A stretch of 64,000 bases of DNA, taken from contig NW_002060956.1 in NCBI RefSeq assembly GCF_000150275.1, positions 1,734,280 through 1,798,279 of the forward strand, in the 5' to 3' direction. A model generated the notes under the pieces. The model worked only from the letters and a program-made list of their open reading frames with translations. It ran no database searches and was not told the DNA's origin. The translations under genes were made by a program, and so were the position numbers. Position 1 is the stretch's first letter, and each line of letters opens with the position of its first letter. Positions 1 through 12,504 of the stretch are shown in pieces. Origin of the DNA: Trichoplax adhaerens. Lineage: Eukaryota > Animalia > Placozoa.

Positions 1-1235
1 TAACGAATTAAGCCTGCAATAATTAATGTATAAACATAATATGTAAAGTGAATTCCTGACATATTTTAGAAAATTTCTTATATATATATATGTTGCGATT
101 TGAATGCATCGCTATCATTTCAAAACTGATAATTTTCAACAGAAATCCTAATAAAGCCTAAAATAGGAATTTTTAGTTTCTAGTTTGATTTACTGTAACT
201 TTATTGGGAAAATCACCGTGCAAGAAATTTTAATGAAAGGTATACCAGTGTAAGGTAGGACAGTCATAAAAATAAAAGTAGGAGATATGATTAAAGTTTG
301 ACAGAAAATTTGAAGTAGAAAACATTGTAGTTGCGGATAGACAGTAATTTATTATGATGATTGATTACAGTACTGCATAATAACATCCGGGTATGGTTAT
401 CCGAAATCTCGGGTAATTCTACTCGCGAAATAATAAAGTGAGAAACCATCCAAAAAGCTTTGTGCTTACTAAGACTCGAAATAAGCCTTTTCACCTTCTG
501 ACTTATTGGATTGAGTTTAGATTGGGTTTACTAAAGAATTGATCTCAGTTTTTACTTTATCATTTCCATAAAAATTTATCGCCTTCAGATAAAACCAATA
601 TTTATTCTAAGTCTGGATTGATTTTCATTCAAAAAGGTAGAAGCTTTAGATACTGCCAGTACTTCGTTTTAAAATTGAAGTAATGACGCAGCATAAATGC
701 TTAGGACATGAAAAGCTGTTATCGCTGATATGATTTGCAATATCAATTTTACACTAAGCTCTTAGATTCGTGTGTCACAGAGATTTCCGGCTGTTCTATG
801 CGGTTTAGCTGGAAGCTAATCATTGACTTAACCTTACAATATGAGTTATGCTGATATCAGTTTGTTATGGTATTGCGAACTTATTTGACTTGATCTATAA
901 ACTCGTAAGTTGGTTAATCTAGAGATTTACTAATCTATACATGCAATGAGTAAAACTCACGTAATATGATGGTAACAAATTATCATCTTGTTTTGCTCGG
1001 CATTGTTAGGATAGTTACGAATTTTATCATTGTTTGTTGGGTATTGCGAGATCATTTGACGTAGACATCATATTCGCATCGTATAATCCAACGTGATATT
1101 AAAAGAGATAATGTAGTCGTATGCAAGGGCTAGAAACTAAATTAGTACGCCAGTTTATATCCTAATATCATTTCATAACGAGCAAATTCCTCTGAAGATC
1201 CTGCTATTATCTTGTTATACTGCACTGCTCTTGAT

Positions 1236-1560
1236 GCTGTTCTAATTATGATATTTATCTACGCTAAAAATGGTACGAGAGAGAATAATTATTGCTAAAA
1301 CAATAATAGAAAATATTCTTTTCTAAGAGTCGCTGCTGTGATGAATTTGTTAGTATATCCCTTCCTTGATAATTTTTAGTTATTTATAATGGTGATGGTT
1401 ACCAATACTTTATGTCGTTTTTACTCAATGGGATTGGATTTTTGATCATGAAAGTGGATAGCTGTCGTTACAGTGATTGTGAATTGAATACATACCTTTT
1501 TATGTTGAATGGTATCGGCTAATTTTTTTTTAATTTATGCTATTAACTCTGCTATATTAG
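1236..1560 (+). pseudogene. Eroded GPCR relic (TM5-TM7 fragment)
   Basis: One frame, interrupted by stops, reads AVLIMIFIYAK (1236, TM5-like), LFIMVMVTNTLC (TN at 1401, TM6-like) and FFLIYAINSAI (NS at 1545, TM7-like), in the same order as in the neighbouring intact GPCRs. Confidence 0.4.
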
Positions 1561-3044
1561 AGATTTATAAGTTGTATATTAGTTGTTTATGAAGCTTAGG
1601 ATTTCTATTTACCGTAATAATTGATGAAGCAGTGACTGTAATGATCTTAACTACTGATATACTCAAAAAATTTTAAATATTTACAATTTTAGCGGCTTTC
1701 AGCACTTTACATTGATTGGATGCAGTAAGTAACTACATTCCAATGGGTAAGAGTAATTTTAGTTATTAATGATAATTATTATTTGTATATCTTTTGTTTA
1801 TTACGTTTAATGGTTTTACTTATCCACCTCAATGCTAGTAATAGAAAATAATTCATTATTTATTTGTCATATATAAGACAGGAATTTCACCAAGATCATA
1901 AATTATATTTATTAACTTTTATCGATAGTGATCAATCATTGTAATCGAACTTTTACATCACGTTTAAAAATTACTCAATTGACTGCATATACACCCTCTC
2001 TTTGAGATGACAGTTTTGAAAGATGCTAAAAAATATTGAAGCCTACCTGGTTAATGTGAAAGGATACAGAAAGTGACAATTATTTTGAAGGTGCTAAAAC
2101 TGAAAAAGCATACCTATTCATTGGGAGCGGATATAGACCAAGTAACGTAGCTAAAAGTTACTGGAATTATCGTATTGAATAGTGAAAGAGATAGTGTCAA
2201 GTAAATTTTAACTACGATTGCTTCAAGTACCAAAATCCATAAAATTGACCGTAGAACTTGAAATGATACTAACACGTTTATACATATGTATAATCTTAAC
2301 CATAAAATTACCTGCCTGGTATTGACGAAACAGTTTTCGAAATACTGTAGTTATGATAAAATTATAAGTTGTTTGTAACATAATTGTCGGTAACTCCCCA
2401 GTAGAAGATTAAAATATAGCTAGAATGATGTTACTTTATCCGTGAATGCATAAGACATCGAATGTATCTGCTGTTGTCTCTAACAACAGACAAATGGCTC
2501 TTTTGCCGATTACAATTCCTAATTCATACCGTTAGAAGCAGATCGAGTATTACTGACATCTTTTTGGGCATTTCTTTTGCGTACTTGGATTGAATCGTTA
2601 CAATATTATCGGTAAAGACATATTTCATAGCAAAATAGGCAAATGGTTTGGCCTATTTATGACATAACAGTATTTTTACTTTTGGGGTTGCAAGCTATTT
2701 TCTTTTAATACTTTGTTTTAAATGGCGTCCATTTAGAATTTTAATTTTTAATAAGTGTCTTCCACAAATTACTACCCTAGTCTGCCTAAAGATCTAGTAA
2801 GAATGTAAAAACTGCTACCATAACGCCTAAGAACTACCCTTCTAAAAGGCTCACAACTAGTAGACACACCGTACTATAATCTATAAAGCAGCTTTATACT
2901 ATAACACTGAAACACTGTCGGTAACAATGCTTTCTTAAGACAACAGCTCAATTCGCTACCAAGACAATTTCAAGCAACATTTAATCATTAGTCCTCTTCG
3001 TTTCTCTAATCTATCCGCCTTTTGTGGATAACAATTAAACTTCT

Positions 3045-3620
3045 GTTACAGTGATATACACTGAAATATCGAGATTATAGTAGAAACATCTATGTTAGGA
3101 TAATTTTGCTGACTTACCCTTATATGAAGAGTTTCTAATTTAGATATGTGAAATTTAAATATAGCACTAGCTTTTATGGTAATATATACAGCCTACTGAA
3201 ATCAGTAGTTTAATTAGGGAATCGAGAATAATCTTACAATTCAAATCACTGTGATTGTAATTTACTTATGGTAGATTATAGATTATCGTAGAAATGTTCC
3301 GTGATAAGACATATTGTAATCTAACAATTTTGTAATAGTCGTTCGATGTCTATGTTTGTAAATACTGTTGTCTTCATTAGGTAGTAGTAAATAAAATTAG
3401 CTTCTGATTTATTATTAGGTTTCAACGTTAATATTGCTAACAAGGATGTCTTTGCTATTGTAAAGGAGTATATAAATGCCATAGATCGTGTAATAGAGTT
3501 AATTCTTAGTAGAGCAAAAGTGTTCTTGATAGTACGGATATCGTTCCTTGATACGTGGTTCAAGGAACTGACTTATTGATCATAAATTACAATCTTGTTG
3601 CAAAGCTGTTTTGTGACAAG
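3045..3620 (+). repeat. Duplicated non-coding block, copy 1 (copy 2 at ~12505-13735)
   Basis: Colinear by-eye similarity, e.g. agagcaaaagtgttc.tgata....gatatcgttccttgatacgtgg.tcaaggaa.tgacttattgat at ~3511-3580 and ~13623-13692. Confidence 0.85.
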
Positions 3621-5879
3621 TTCCTATTTATGATTGTTTACGTATCATGTAGCCTCTCTCTGGGCTCTGATATAAACTCCAAGTTCCTATCAACGCTACC
3701 GCTCTTGAATTTTTAGCTCAATTTGACGGAATCAATTCTAAATCGTGCACTATCGAGGAAAGCCGTAGAGTACAGTAATACTGTATTTCTCGTCAATTGA
3801 GTTCATTCACACACCATTATTTAAACTGAAGAGACAATCCTCGTTTTGCTAGCGTCGTCTCTTAGGTCATCAAATTCGAATAGTACCATATGACTACAGG
3901 TTCATTTTCTATCTTTCATTTGATGACTAAGCGTACTTCTACAGCACATTCGAGAGCTAAATTTGATTTAAAAGCATAATATTTATATAATAAACCATAA
4001 AAAATAACCCGACTTAACAGAATTAGTTAATAAGAAATAAGATACTTCGGCATTACACTCAATTACTACTAGTAATAGCCCACAACTGGATTTTCTAATT
4101 TATTTGCCATAAAGAAATATATGCGTTTATTTTAGCAAGGCTATACGACGATTAAAATTCGATTATAAATGGTTATAAACATAATTCTGGGCATTATAGT
4201 AAATGGAGCGTGATATGTAATAATATGGCACTTCGTTGCCTAAATTTATAGAGTTTAAACAACATAATTCAAGCGAGTGCTTATAGATAGATCCACACTA
4301 CTTTTCTTCTTATAGTATTTGTCTAATTTCATCAATAAAATCGCTGTGATAATATTCCATATTTATAATGGTTCTCTCACAGTATATTAATAAATGAAAT
4401 ATCGCTTTCGCGACGGGTGAATAGTATTGTAAAAATATATTACAAAATTGAAGGAATCTCTAGCTTGATTTTATGTAGCTAACAATAAGAGGCGTTTTAC
4501 ATTCCAATCAAGATTATTATTAATTAAAAAGGTGCATTATAGAGTATCTGGATTGGCAAGTGGATGCTTTCTGTTAGTGCTGTAATGAACTAAAATACCT
4601 CTATTAATAAATACCAACGAATTTCAAATCTTACGTTAAAAATTTTCCGTACAGATCTTCATTACAATTAGTGAAGAATACAAGAGCATTTATATAATCC
4701 AGTTGGGGATGGCAATTGATTAGTTAGATTGTAATTTTTGCATTGGCTTAACGACTCCGTCTATATTAGTTCATATAACATTATCTCAAAATGCTAATAA
4801 GTATGAAAAATTGCGATAAAAATATATTGACTTCCAGATTGGCTTTATATAGTAAACAATGAGAGAAAAAGCAACAAATAAGATGCGTAAGTGTTATTGA
4901 GGAATATAATTTATTATGAATGACACATAGAGCGCAAATTGATGTAAATTTGCACTTGATAGGGTTACTATATTGAAATCGTAATAATTCAACCATTTAT
5001 AAGGAATACTAATGATACACTTGGATGTTTGATTTTAATTGATGTTTTGACTGGCAATAAGTAGTTACAATAGGTTTCGATAGAAAATTGATAAACTATT
5101 GCTGACTTAATTTCTTTTATATCATATTTCTAAGAAAAAATTTATTTCATGAAAAAAAAACCCATTTTCATAAATTATAGAAGGGATTTTGGCTACATTG
5201 TTTTATCCTAATAAAATTTAGTTCAATATGAGCTTACTATAGCTATTAATGGACTAGTTCTACCATTGATATACGGATTTGGATATCTTCAATAATTTAA
5301 TTTATTAGCCGTGCAATTTATTCCAAAGGCTTATTTAAATTTGGTGCGCCAATGATCCTGACGAAAGAAAAAAATTGGAATTTTACCTTATAGGCAATAC
5401 CTTGACTTGATATACTGTAAAACTTTAAATATACTTGTATGTATACTAATTTGGATGAATGTGACTTTGTATATCATGCCAACTTGTACTCAAATAAATC
5501 TAACTTTCTAAATTTTATTAATTAGAATCAATAAAAGGTTATTTTTGGATCATTAAAACATTCGGATAAAGTATAATAAACTTTTAAGGTAAAGATAATC
5601 TTAACATTTTTCTTGATTTGTCTATATGACGGATTCTAAGATGAGTTCGAAATTTTTATATATGGATGCCAAAGTCCATTTCCCTCTTAGTATTACTTAC
5701 AGCCATCTTAAATAGGAAGATGAGATAAAACGTTGAAATTGCACTCTTGTACATTTATACCGTATATATATCGGTGTAGTTAGCGTTGCTATTTATTCTA
5801 TCGATCACTTTTATCCCAGATAGTGGATTTTTTTTCAATAGAAGAAACTGTTCAGACCAAGGAAATTGATCTCTGAAAA

Positions 5880-6941
5880 ATGAACGCGACAGAGAGAATT
5901 CAAGTTTTACAACAATTCGATTCATTACGAGCAGTTTCTTGGATCATAGGAATTTTAGCCTTGATTGCAAATATATCGGTAATTATTTGGATGGTATGTT
6001 ACATGTACAATCCTTTGCGATGGTTTAGCCAGAGAAACCCGAGAAATATCACCAATAATCCTTATTTGTTGATCATTTTCAATCTAGCTGTAGCTGATCT
6101 GCTAGGTGCTTTGTATTTGATCATTTTAGCAATCAGTGATGCGACTTTTAAAATTAATGGCGACTTTCAGACACCAAATGGGACGTATATAAATAACTGG
6201 ATTGTCAGCCCAACATGCTTCTTGGAAAGAATATTATCTCAAGTCTCGTTATTAATGTCGATATTTATCACATTTTTCATTACTGTAAGTCGCTTTATCC
6301 AAGTTGTTTGTCCTTACAGTGGGTTAGAGGTAACGATCAAAAAGTCTCGAATCGCTCTCCTATCCTTATGGATAATCAGCTTTACAATTGCAATCGTCGG
6401 AGCAGTGGAAAGTTCTCATGTTTCGTTAAGGAAACAAGATCATTTAAGCATTCTTGGATTTTTATGCCAGTTGGAATCTTTAGAAACACCAGTTATTATT
6501 GGTATTGTCTACTCGGAATTACTACTTGGAATTATTGGCTATGTTGGCACCATCATACTTTACTTAATAATTGCTTGCAAGTTAAAGAAAACGCGTAGTA
6601 GCATTAATAGTATCAATAGAAGCAAAGCGGAAAGTAAAATTCACCTCATTATCGCCTGGATAGTGGTAAGCAATGTTATTACATGGGTGCCAATAACTTT
6701 ATTGACTATCTTGGAGGGTTTGATCGAAACATTCAGCTCTGATCAACATGAAATCACGCCATTACTGGTCTTACTATTGTATTTGAATACCGCTGTCAAT
6801 CCTATCGTGTATCTTGTTGTTGGTACTCATACCATACTGAAAAGGCATAAAAAAGTCGATACAGTTGTCCAAAATTTATCATGTAAGAGTTCTGAACGTA
6901 AGAATAATCACGATCTACTTGTAGTCGAATTTTCTAACTAA
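5880..6941 (+). CDS. Rhodopsin-class GPCR with LGR/RXFP-like 7TM domain and no LRR ectodomain (353 aa, single coding exon)
   Basis: Seven hydrophobic segments; FNLAVADLLGALYL (TM2), WIVSPTC (ECL1/TM3 Cys), SRF at the DRY position, NVITWVPI (TM6), NTAVNPIVY (TM7). In-frame TGA at 5874-5876 just upstream of the ATG. Confidence 0.93.
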   Translation: MNATERIQVLQQFDSLRAVSWIIGILALIANISVIIWMVCYMYNPLRWFSQRNPRNITNNPYLLIIFNLAVADLLGALYLIILAISDATFKINGDFQTPNGTYINNWIVSPTCFLERILSQVSLLMSIFITFFITVSRFIQVVCPYSGLEVTIKKSRIALLSLWIISFTIAIVGAVESSHVSLRKQDHLSILGFLCQLESLETPVIIGIVYSELLLGIIGYVGTIILYLIIACKLKKTRSSINSINRSKAESKIHLIIAWIVVSNVITWVPITLLTILEGLIETFSSDQHEITPLLVLLLYLNTAVNPIVYLVVGTHTILKRHKKVDTVVQNLSCKSSERKNNHDLLVVEFSN

Positions 6942-8122
6942 TAATTTTTAGGTTACTGTCTTTCTTAGCTACGTCTCATCGAGTCAATATTTCCATGCCA
7001 GTTTCTAATATAGTTTTTAATTACTTAATTATAACATGATTTCAATCACTTAATTGAATTATTGAACGGATGGCAATACTCAGCTCGATTAGTAAAATTT
7101 ATTTCCTATAATATCTTCGCGATTGCTGCTTATTTCTTGGTCGTCTAGTCCTTTTGATCGATATAGGATAATCATCATTTTTAAGAAAAATTCATGATGT
7201 CTTTAACTGTTCCATTTATAGTAACAAAGCCAATATTAATATCATATTATTCTGTTACAGTTAATAACTTTGCTGCAACTGTTAATTGATTGATTGATCA
7301 AATTTAACATTTGCTAAATGATTTATCTCAATACTGATTGTAAGCATTCACTAACTGACGTTTATCCTATTCTGGCTGTTTTAGTTTCAATTGTTTTGAT
7401 ATCTATCTATTACAGTAAATTCTTTTATGAACTTGTTTAATTCATTAGAAGTATGCTTAATTTAGAGAAAAAATCGCCGTCAAAATCAATACAGATTAAA
7501 TTTTGTTAATAGATGAATGGATAAAATTCTGTATTTCGTCAATAAGGTTTACCATTTTGTTACATACCGTATCTTTTCATTCGAATTTTAAATTTTAGTT
7601 GCTAAGAACTCAACAATATCATGATTCTAGTTACATTGGAAAACTATCATAAATGGTTATGATTGCTATCATTACGCACTGATTTGCTATTATTAGGTGA
7701 TGATTCGCTATCAAGAAATTTCAAAAATAAATGATTCTAGTAATTAAATAATTTACGGGATTAATTTATGAATGTATCAATCTTGATTCTTAGTTTGTCG
7801 TATTGAATCAATCTACGGATATCAGTCTAATACTACCATAGGTGTAATAGAGGCTAAATTTTGAATCAATCATCGCAAAATTATTTACAATAGCTGAATG
7901 GGTGTATAGACTATCGCTTGTTATTAATCCAGGAATCTATAAATAGGTCATTATGCTCAATAATTAAGATAAGAGTTTTGTTCAGCTTGCAATATCCGAT
8001 TTAAGCTTTGAACTACTACATATTGGCACCGAACCAGTCAGTATACTAAGGCAAATTTAAAATAGTTTGCGTTTCGGTACTTGTAAGCTGATTTTACGTT
8101 GTAAGATGGATTTTAAGTTATA

Positions 8123-8832
8123 CTAGTACGAACTCACGTCGCTTTGCTGACGTTTTACGATAATGTACCTATTTGTTCATAATTAACAGATAGTATTACC
8201 ATTCGACATTATATATATCCCGGTAATAGCCAGGCACTACTATATTCACAGCTATGCTTGTAGAATAATACTTTTCAATAATGTATTCTCGGATGAAATA
8301 CTATGAAATGCTATATTAAGATTATATTAATGGTCCAAAGCACACTAATGTACGGTGATGGACATACCAAGTTAAGATTAGCAGGTACTGTAAAATATCG
8401 ACAGTGCGGTACAATGTCCTTCGTACTGTGGTCAGTTCTATCCAATCATTATAATGTGTCTAAGGATCGCTTGCGTATGCAAGCAAAGCTTGCTCTGTCG
8501 ATAACAACCGTTATAAGAAAATGTAACAATCAAAATGGCTGTGTAGAAAACTCTATAAAGATTCTATGTTTATTCAATTTTCATCTGAGTATTACATCAA
8601 ATCAAAATTGAAAGGCCCAGTGGCCACCTTTAGCGATGTAACGAATACTATTTTAAAAATCAGTACTCTGCAGAAATTACTACCTTAGAGCCATTCGTTT
8701 TACATGAAGAAATCTTTAGGTTAAAAGTACTGTAAGAATCTTATACTGACCTATTGAAATGAACCCATAATCAAAGTCATCTAACAGTAGTATAAATACC
8801 CCCGCGCTGCTCGTTTAAAAGGATGAGTGGGT
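8123..8832 (-). mobile_element. Non-autonomous Helitron-like element, copy 1
   Basis: Inverted homolog at ~54404-55564. On the minus strand it ends with hairpin ACGTC-agcaaagc-GACGT (8136-8153), then CTAG (8123-8126) 9 nt later, then T. No TIR or TSD. Confidence 0.65.
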
Positions 8833-8860
8833 TTTGACGAGATTGAGGCATCTGATGCAT

Positions 8861-8931
8861 ATATTGGCAATCACTTACTGCTATTGAATTTAGCCGGTCT
8901 AAATTCAATAGCAGTAAGTGATTGCCAATAT
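8861..8931. repeat. Perfect inverted repeat: 33-bp arms, 5-nt loop
   Basis: atattggcaatcacttactgctattgaatttag (8861-8893) is the exact reverse complement of 8899-8931; loop ccggt. Confidence 0.97.
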
Positions 8932-10199
8932 CTGACATGCAGTATGTAGAGTAATTTTAAGGCAAGCGAAATTCAACGTACGCGTAGATAGTGACCTTTT
9001 ACTAATAACTGCTTATTAGTATCTATCATCATTATTGGCAATATTTCTCACGATGATTTCAGTATATAAAATGAGTCCAATACTATTTATTGTAGATTGA
9101 TATATCTAATAAATATAATTGTGACACTCCAGTGCCTGTTAAAATTTCGTACTATGATGCACATATAATTTTGTCTTTTTTCCTCTTTGATTTGGTATCC
9201 TTTTATCTTTCTAGTATTCCGTTACTGTCAATGTGAAATGCAAATTTATTGCCGGATATCAATAAATTAATTTACCTAATAACTTATTGTTTGATTATAT
9301 TAACAGCTTGTTAATGCATTTAAGTAGTTTCTTACTCGCATGTAACTGCTAGAGTTGCACTTAGATGTAATGTAGCGATTTAATATCAAATTTAATTTTA
9401 CAGTATGACGAAAACTACCAGCAATATCTTCTTTATTAGCAGGATCTAACATTGAATACATTTATGGAGAAAAAAAGTTGGTGCTCACAATTGGTGATAA
9501 TGTGCTCCAGTCAGCAGTGATGGAAGATTCCATCGATTCGTAGTATCTAAGTGAAGTAAACGATATTAGTAACTTGTTAAACAGAAAAGCGTAGGATGAT
9601 ATGGAATAGTAATTTTGGCGTATGGAATGAAATCATTTTATGAAAGCATTAACAGCTCACCTTAAGTAAAAATTGGTCCTTACAGGAAAAGCTGCTTTTC
9701 ATTAGCGCTTTACCAGGTGTAAGCTAGATGAATAATAAATAATTAACGAGAATTTTATTAAATAATCTACAATACTGCGCAATATAGTTCAAATTAAAGT
9801 AATTTTTTCCGCTAATGTTACTAACCAGTGGGATTTGGTTTATTATCAAATGGCATATTATATTTGGTATTATTATCAAATGGTGTAAGGATGTGATTGT
9901 AAGGATTAACATATCTCGAATATGTACATTACCTATGGAAGAGCTGCTGTACAATGCGTAAAGTAAACATCTTGAGTAAATACTGGCACTCGAAACTTTC
10001 GTTGAGCATTCATTGTAATAAAAACTCATCAGAGAATAAGATAAATCCATTATATTATAGAAAGCAATAGCAGAAAGTATCCATAAATAGATTAGTCTCG
10101 GAATATGAGAAGTGTTCAATCCACACTTATATGTTAAACTAGGAGGTTTAGGGAGTTGGAGCAGCGATTAGACGAAGGCTTCTTAAAGAATGTTTCAGC

Positions 10200-10468
10200 C
10201 ATTTTAGCCTAAGATAGAAGGATTCTTGATTGATAAGACTTAAATTTACATTTCCTTGAAGCTATAAGCTTATCGTGGTAGTCCCAAATATGTGGACTTC
10301 ACATTCCAATAAAAACGTTTAATACATTCTTACAGAATTAGCAAAGAATATTTCTATCATTTTAGCGTAAGATAGAAAGATCTTTGATTTGGAAGCCTGA
10401 AATTCATATTTTCTTGCTGTTATAATTTTGTCGTGGTAGTCCATATTCCAGTATAAAAGTTTAATAAC
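10200..10468 (+). repeat. Diverged tandem duplication (period ~158 bp)
   Basis: cattttagc.taagatagaa.ga...tcgtggtagtcc...gtttaata starts at both ~10200 and ~10358. Confidence 0.8.
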
Positions 10469-12504
10469 AAATTGCTTTAGCTTGTTTAGTTACGCTATTA
10501 AACATGAAATAGTTAGATAATTACCATCACTGAAATGTTGTGAAAAGATGGAAAAAAGACTTTGCATAAATATCTTGACTACAAATTGTATAGCTTACAT
10601 CAATCTATGAACAGTGCAATCTAGTCATTCTGTTGCTATCTTGATGTGGCCGCAGGAAGAACATTTCATGATATACTGAAATAGTTAATTATGTTAGGCT
10701 GTTCTACAATGTCGCAAGCTAACATTAACATACATAGATTCTATTAATTAAAAAAATGATAATACTAATTTTTATATCTAACTACGTACATTAACTCTAT
10801 CTCTTCACTATCATAATTTTTAATTGAATATCATATTCCCAAGTATTTTATGCAAGCTTATAGTGATAAATAGCAACTGTACCGGTATTTTGCCATAGAT
10901 AGAAATAGAATAGTTGCATTGCAGAAAAGTTCATATTTAATCGCATACGGTAATTAAAAGTATAAAAGCTTTTGGTGCAGAATAAAGATATTTTACCGTA
11001 GTAAAATATGACCTGTGAATAATAGAAGTCGAAACAAAATCAAGGCGCAAGTAAGAATATATTATTAATGTTGAAGATCGCTCTCACACGTGACAGATTC
11101 GAAGAAAATATCGACGATATACTGCAAAGTTGTTATTGGTCAATAGTACTGTATTTTCATATGATTAATGAGGTACGGTTTTCTTTAACTTGGCTTGGAT
11201 AGTTGACGAAAGTAGCAAGAAGTTATCATAGAAAAAATAGATGACTCGTGCAATGGTATTAGTTGAGTATGGCTCATAAAGTTAAGCTTGTTCAGGTTTT
11301 ACCATAAAGTAGCGCAATATCTTGATTGATTACGCTTTGCTGTTTGATAATAGTCTCAACAAAAACGGAGTAAATCTAAAGCATTTTATGGAAGGCCAAC
11401 CGTTAATTTTTAAATTTAAAGTGTCAGTAATAATTATACTATCTTTATTTAAACAGAAACAGAACATCAGGCCTATAGCCTTTAGGTTAATAGCACCATA
11501 ATTTGAATATGCTATTAATCAGACAGGGTAGCAATTTCTTTCGTTCTCTAGCTTTCACCATCTTCGGTTAACAGGTTGAATTCCATCCTTGAGTGAGCTA
11601 TTTTCACTTTTTGGCGTTTCAACTGATCTGGTTATCCTTGTGAGACTATGTAATGACCGAGTAATAGTCTTTTACTATTGCTATATGAGGTCTTTTAAAA
11701 GAACCGGAATAGGTCTTCTCAACTTTTTCCTGAGGTCAGTTTGTCGGGTGGTAATATACCAAGGAATTCCAATGTCAGGGCAAAGTGGTTTCTTTTCGGA
11801 TCCCACCGCTGCCATCAGTGTCACAAAACAAGTTTTCGTGATCGTTTCCAAACTAAACTATCTACTCTTAAGGTGACTAACTCTGGAGATCCTCAGTAAA
11901 GGAAAACTAACTTATTCCTATATTATAGAAAATGAGTCCAACGATAGGTTAATGGTTTAGGTTATTAAATAAATATTTTATTACCAGCTATTGCCACTTA
12001 GTATCAGAGTACTCTAGCGTAGCCTCAGTGGAACTAAGATTAAAATCAACAATCAGGCTTATATACAATCTCCTATGTCACACAAATTCCCCAGTGCTAA
12101 TCTGCCACATTAAATTAAATCATATAGAACGCACTACAGGCTTACTATAGACTATACCGAGTGTTAATTAATATATCTCGCTAGATAGAATTAATTAGCA
12201 AGTTCAATTAGTTGTCACACCACAATGGTGCAATATCGAATTCTTGAATTAGTTATATTGCTGACTTCGGCATAATTAATTAATAACAATTAATATAGTT
12301 TGACTCAATTCAAAGTCATAAGTAATAATAATCAATTAGCAATTGAGGATTGCTGTCTACTAGACAACAATTTTTAATAAATATTTTTAATAACACGACA
12401 GTATTTTGCAAGGTTAATTATAACCTTTACAGTCATTTTACTATCTTAGATTACTACTAGCTATTATCAAAGAGTTTCAAGCTCCGTAACAATAGTACAG
12501 TAGT

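Noticed and set aside
6215-6598. 127-aa ORF overlapping GPCR1; likewise 20957-21238, 47623-47862, 47657-47866 and 48598-48807
   Set aside because: Alternate-frame or antisense shadows of real genes, with no recognisable motifs.
8303-8611. 102-aa ORF inside the Helitron-like repeat, and the related ORFs at 54744-54959
   Set aside because: The frame is not conserved between the two copies and there are no Rep/helicase motifs.
11540-11900. GC-richer patch with a 95-aa ORF and minus-strand words resembling LSU rRNA (gagaagacc, aggataac)
   Set aside because: The matches are short, the spacing is unconvincing and there is no protein motif; an rRNA or NUMT call needs BLAST.
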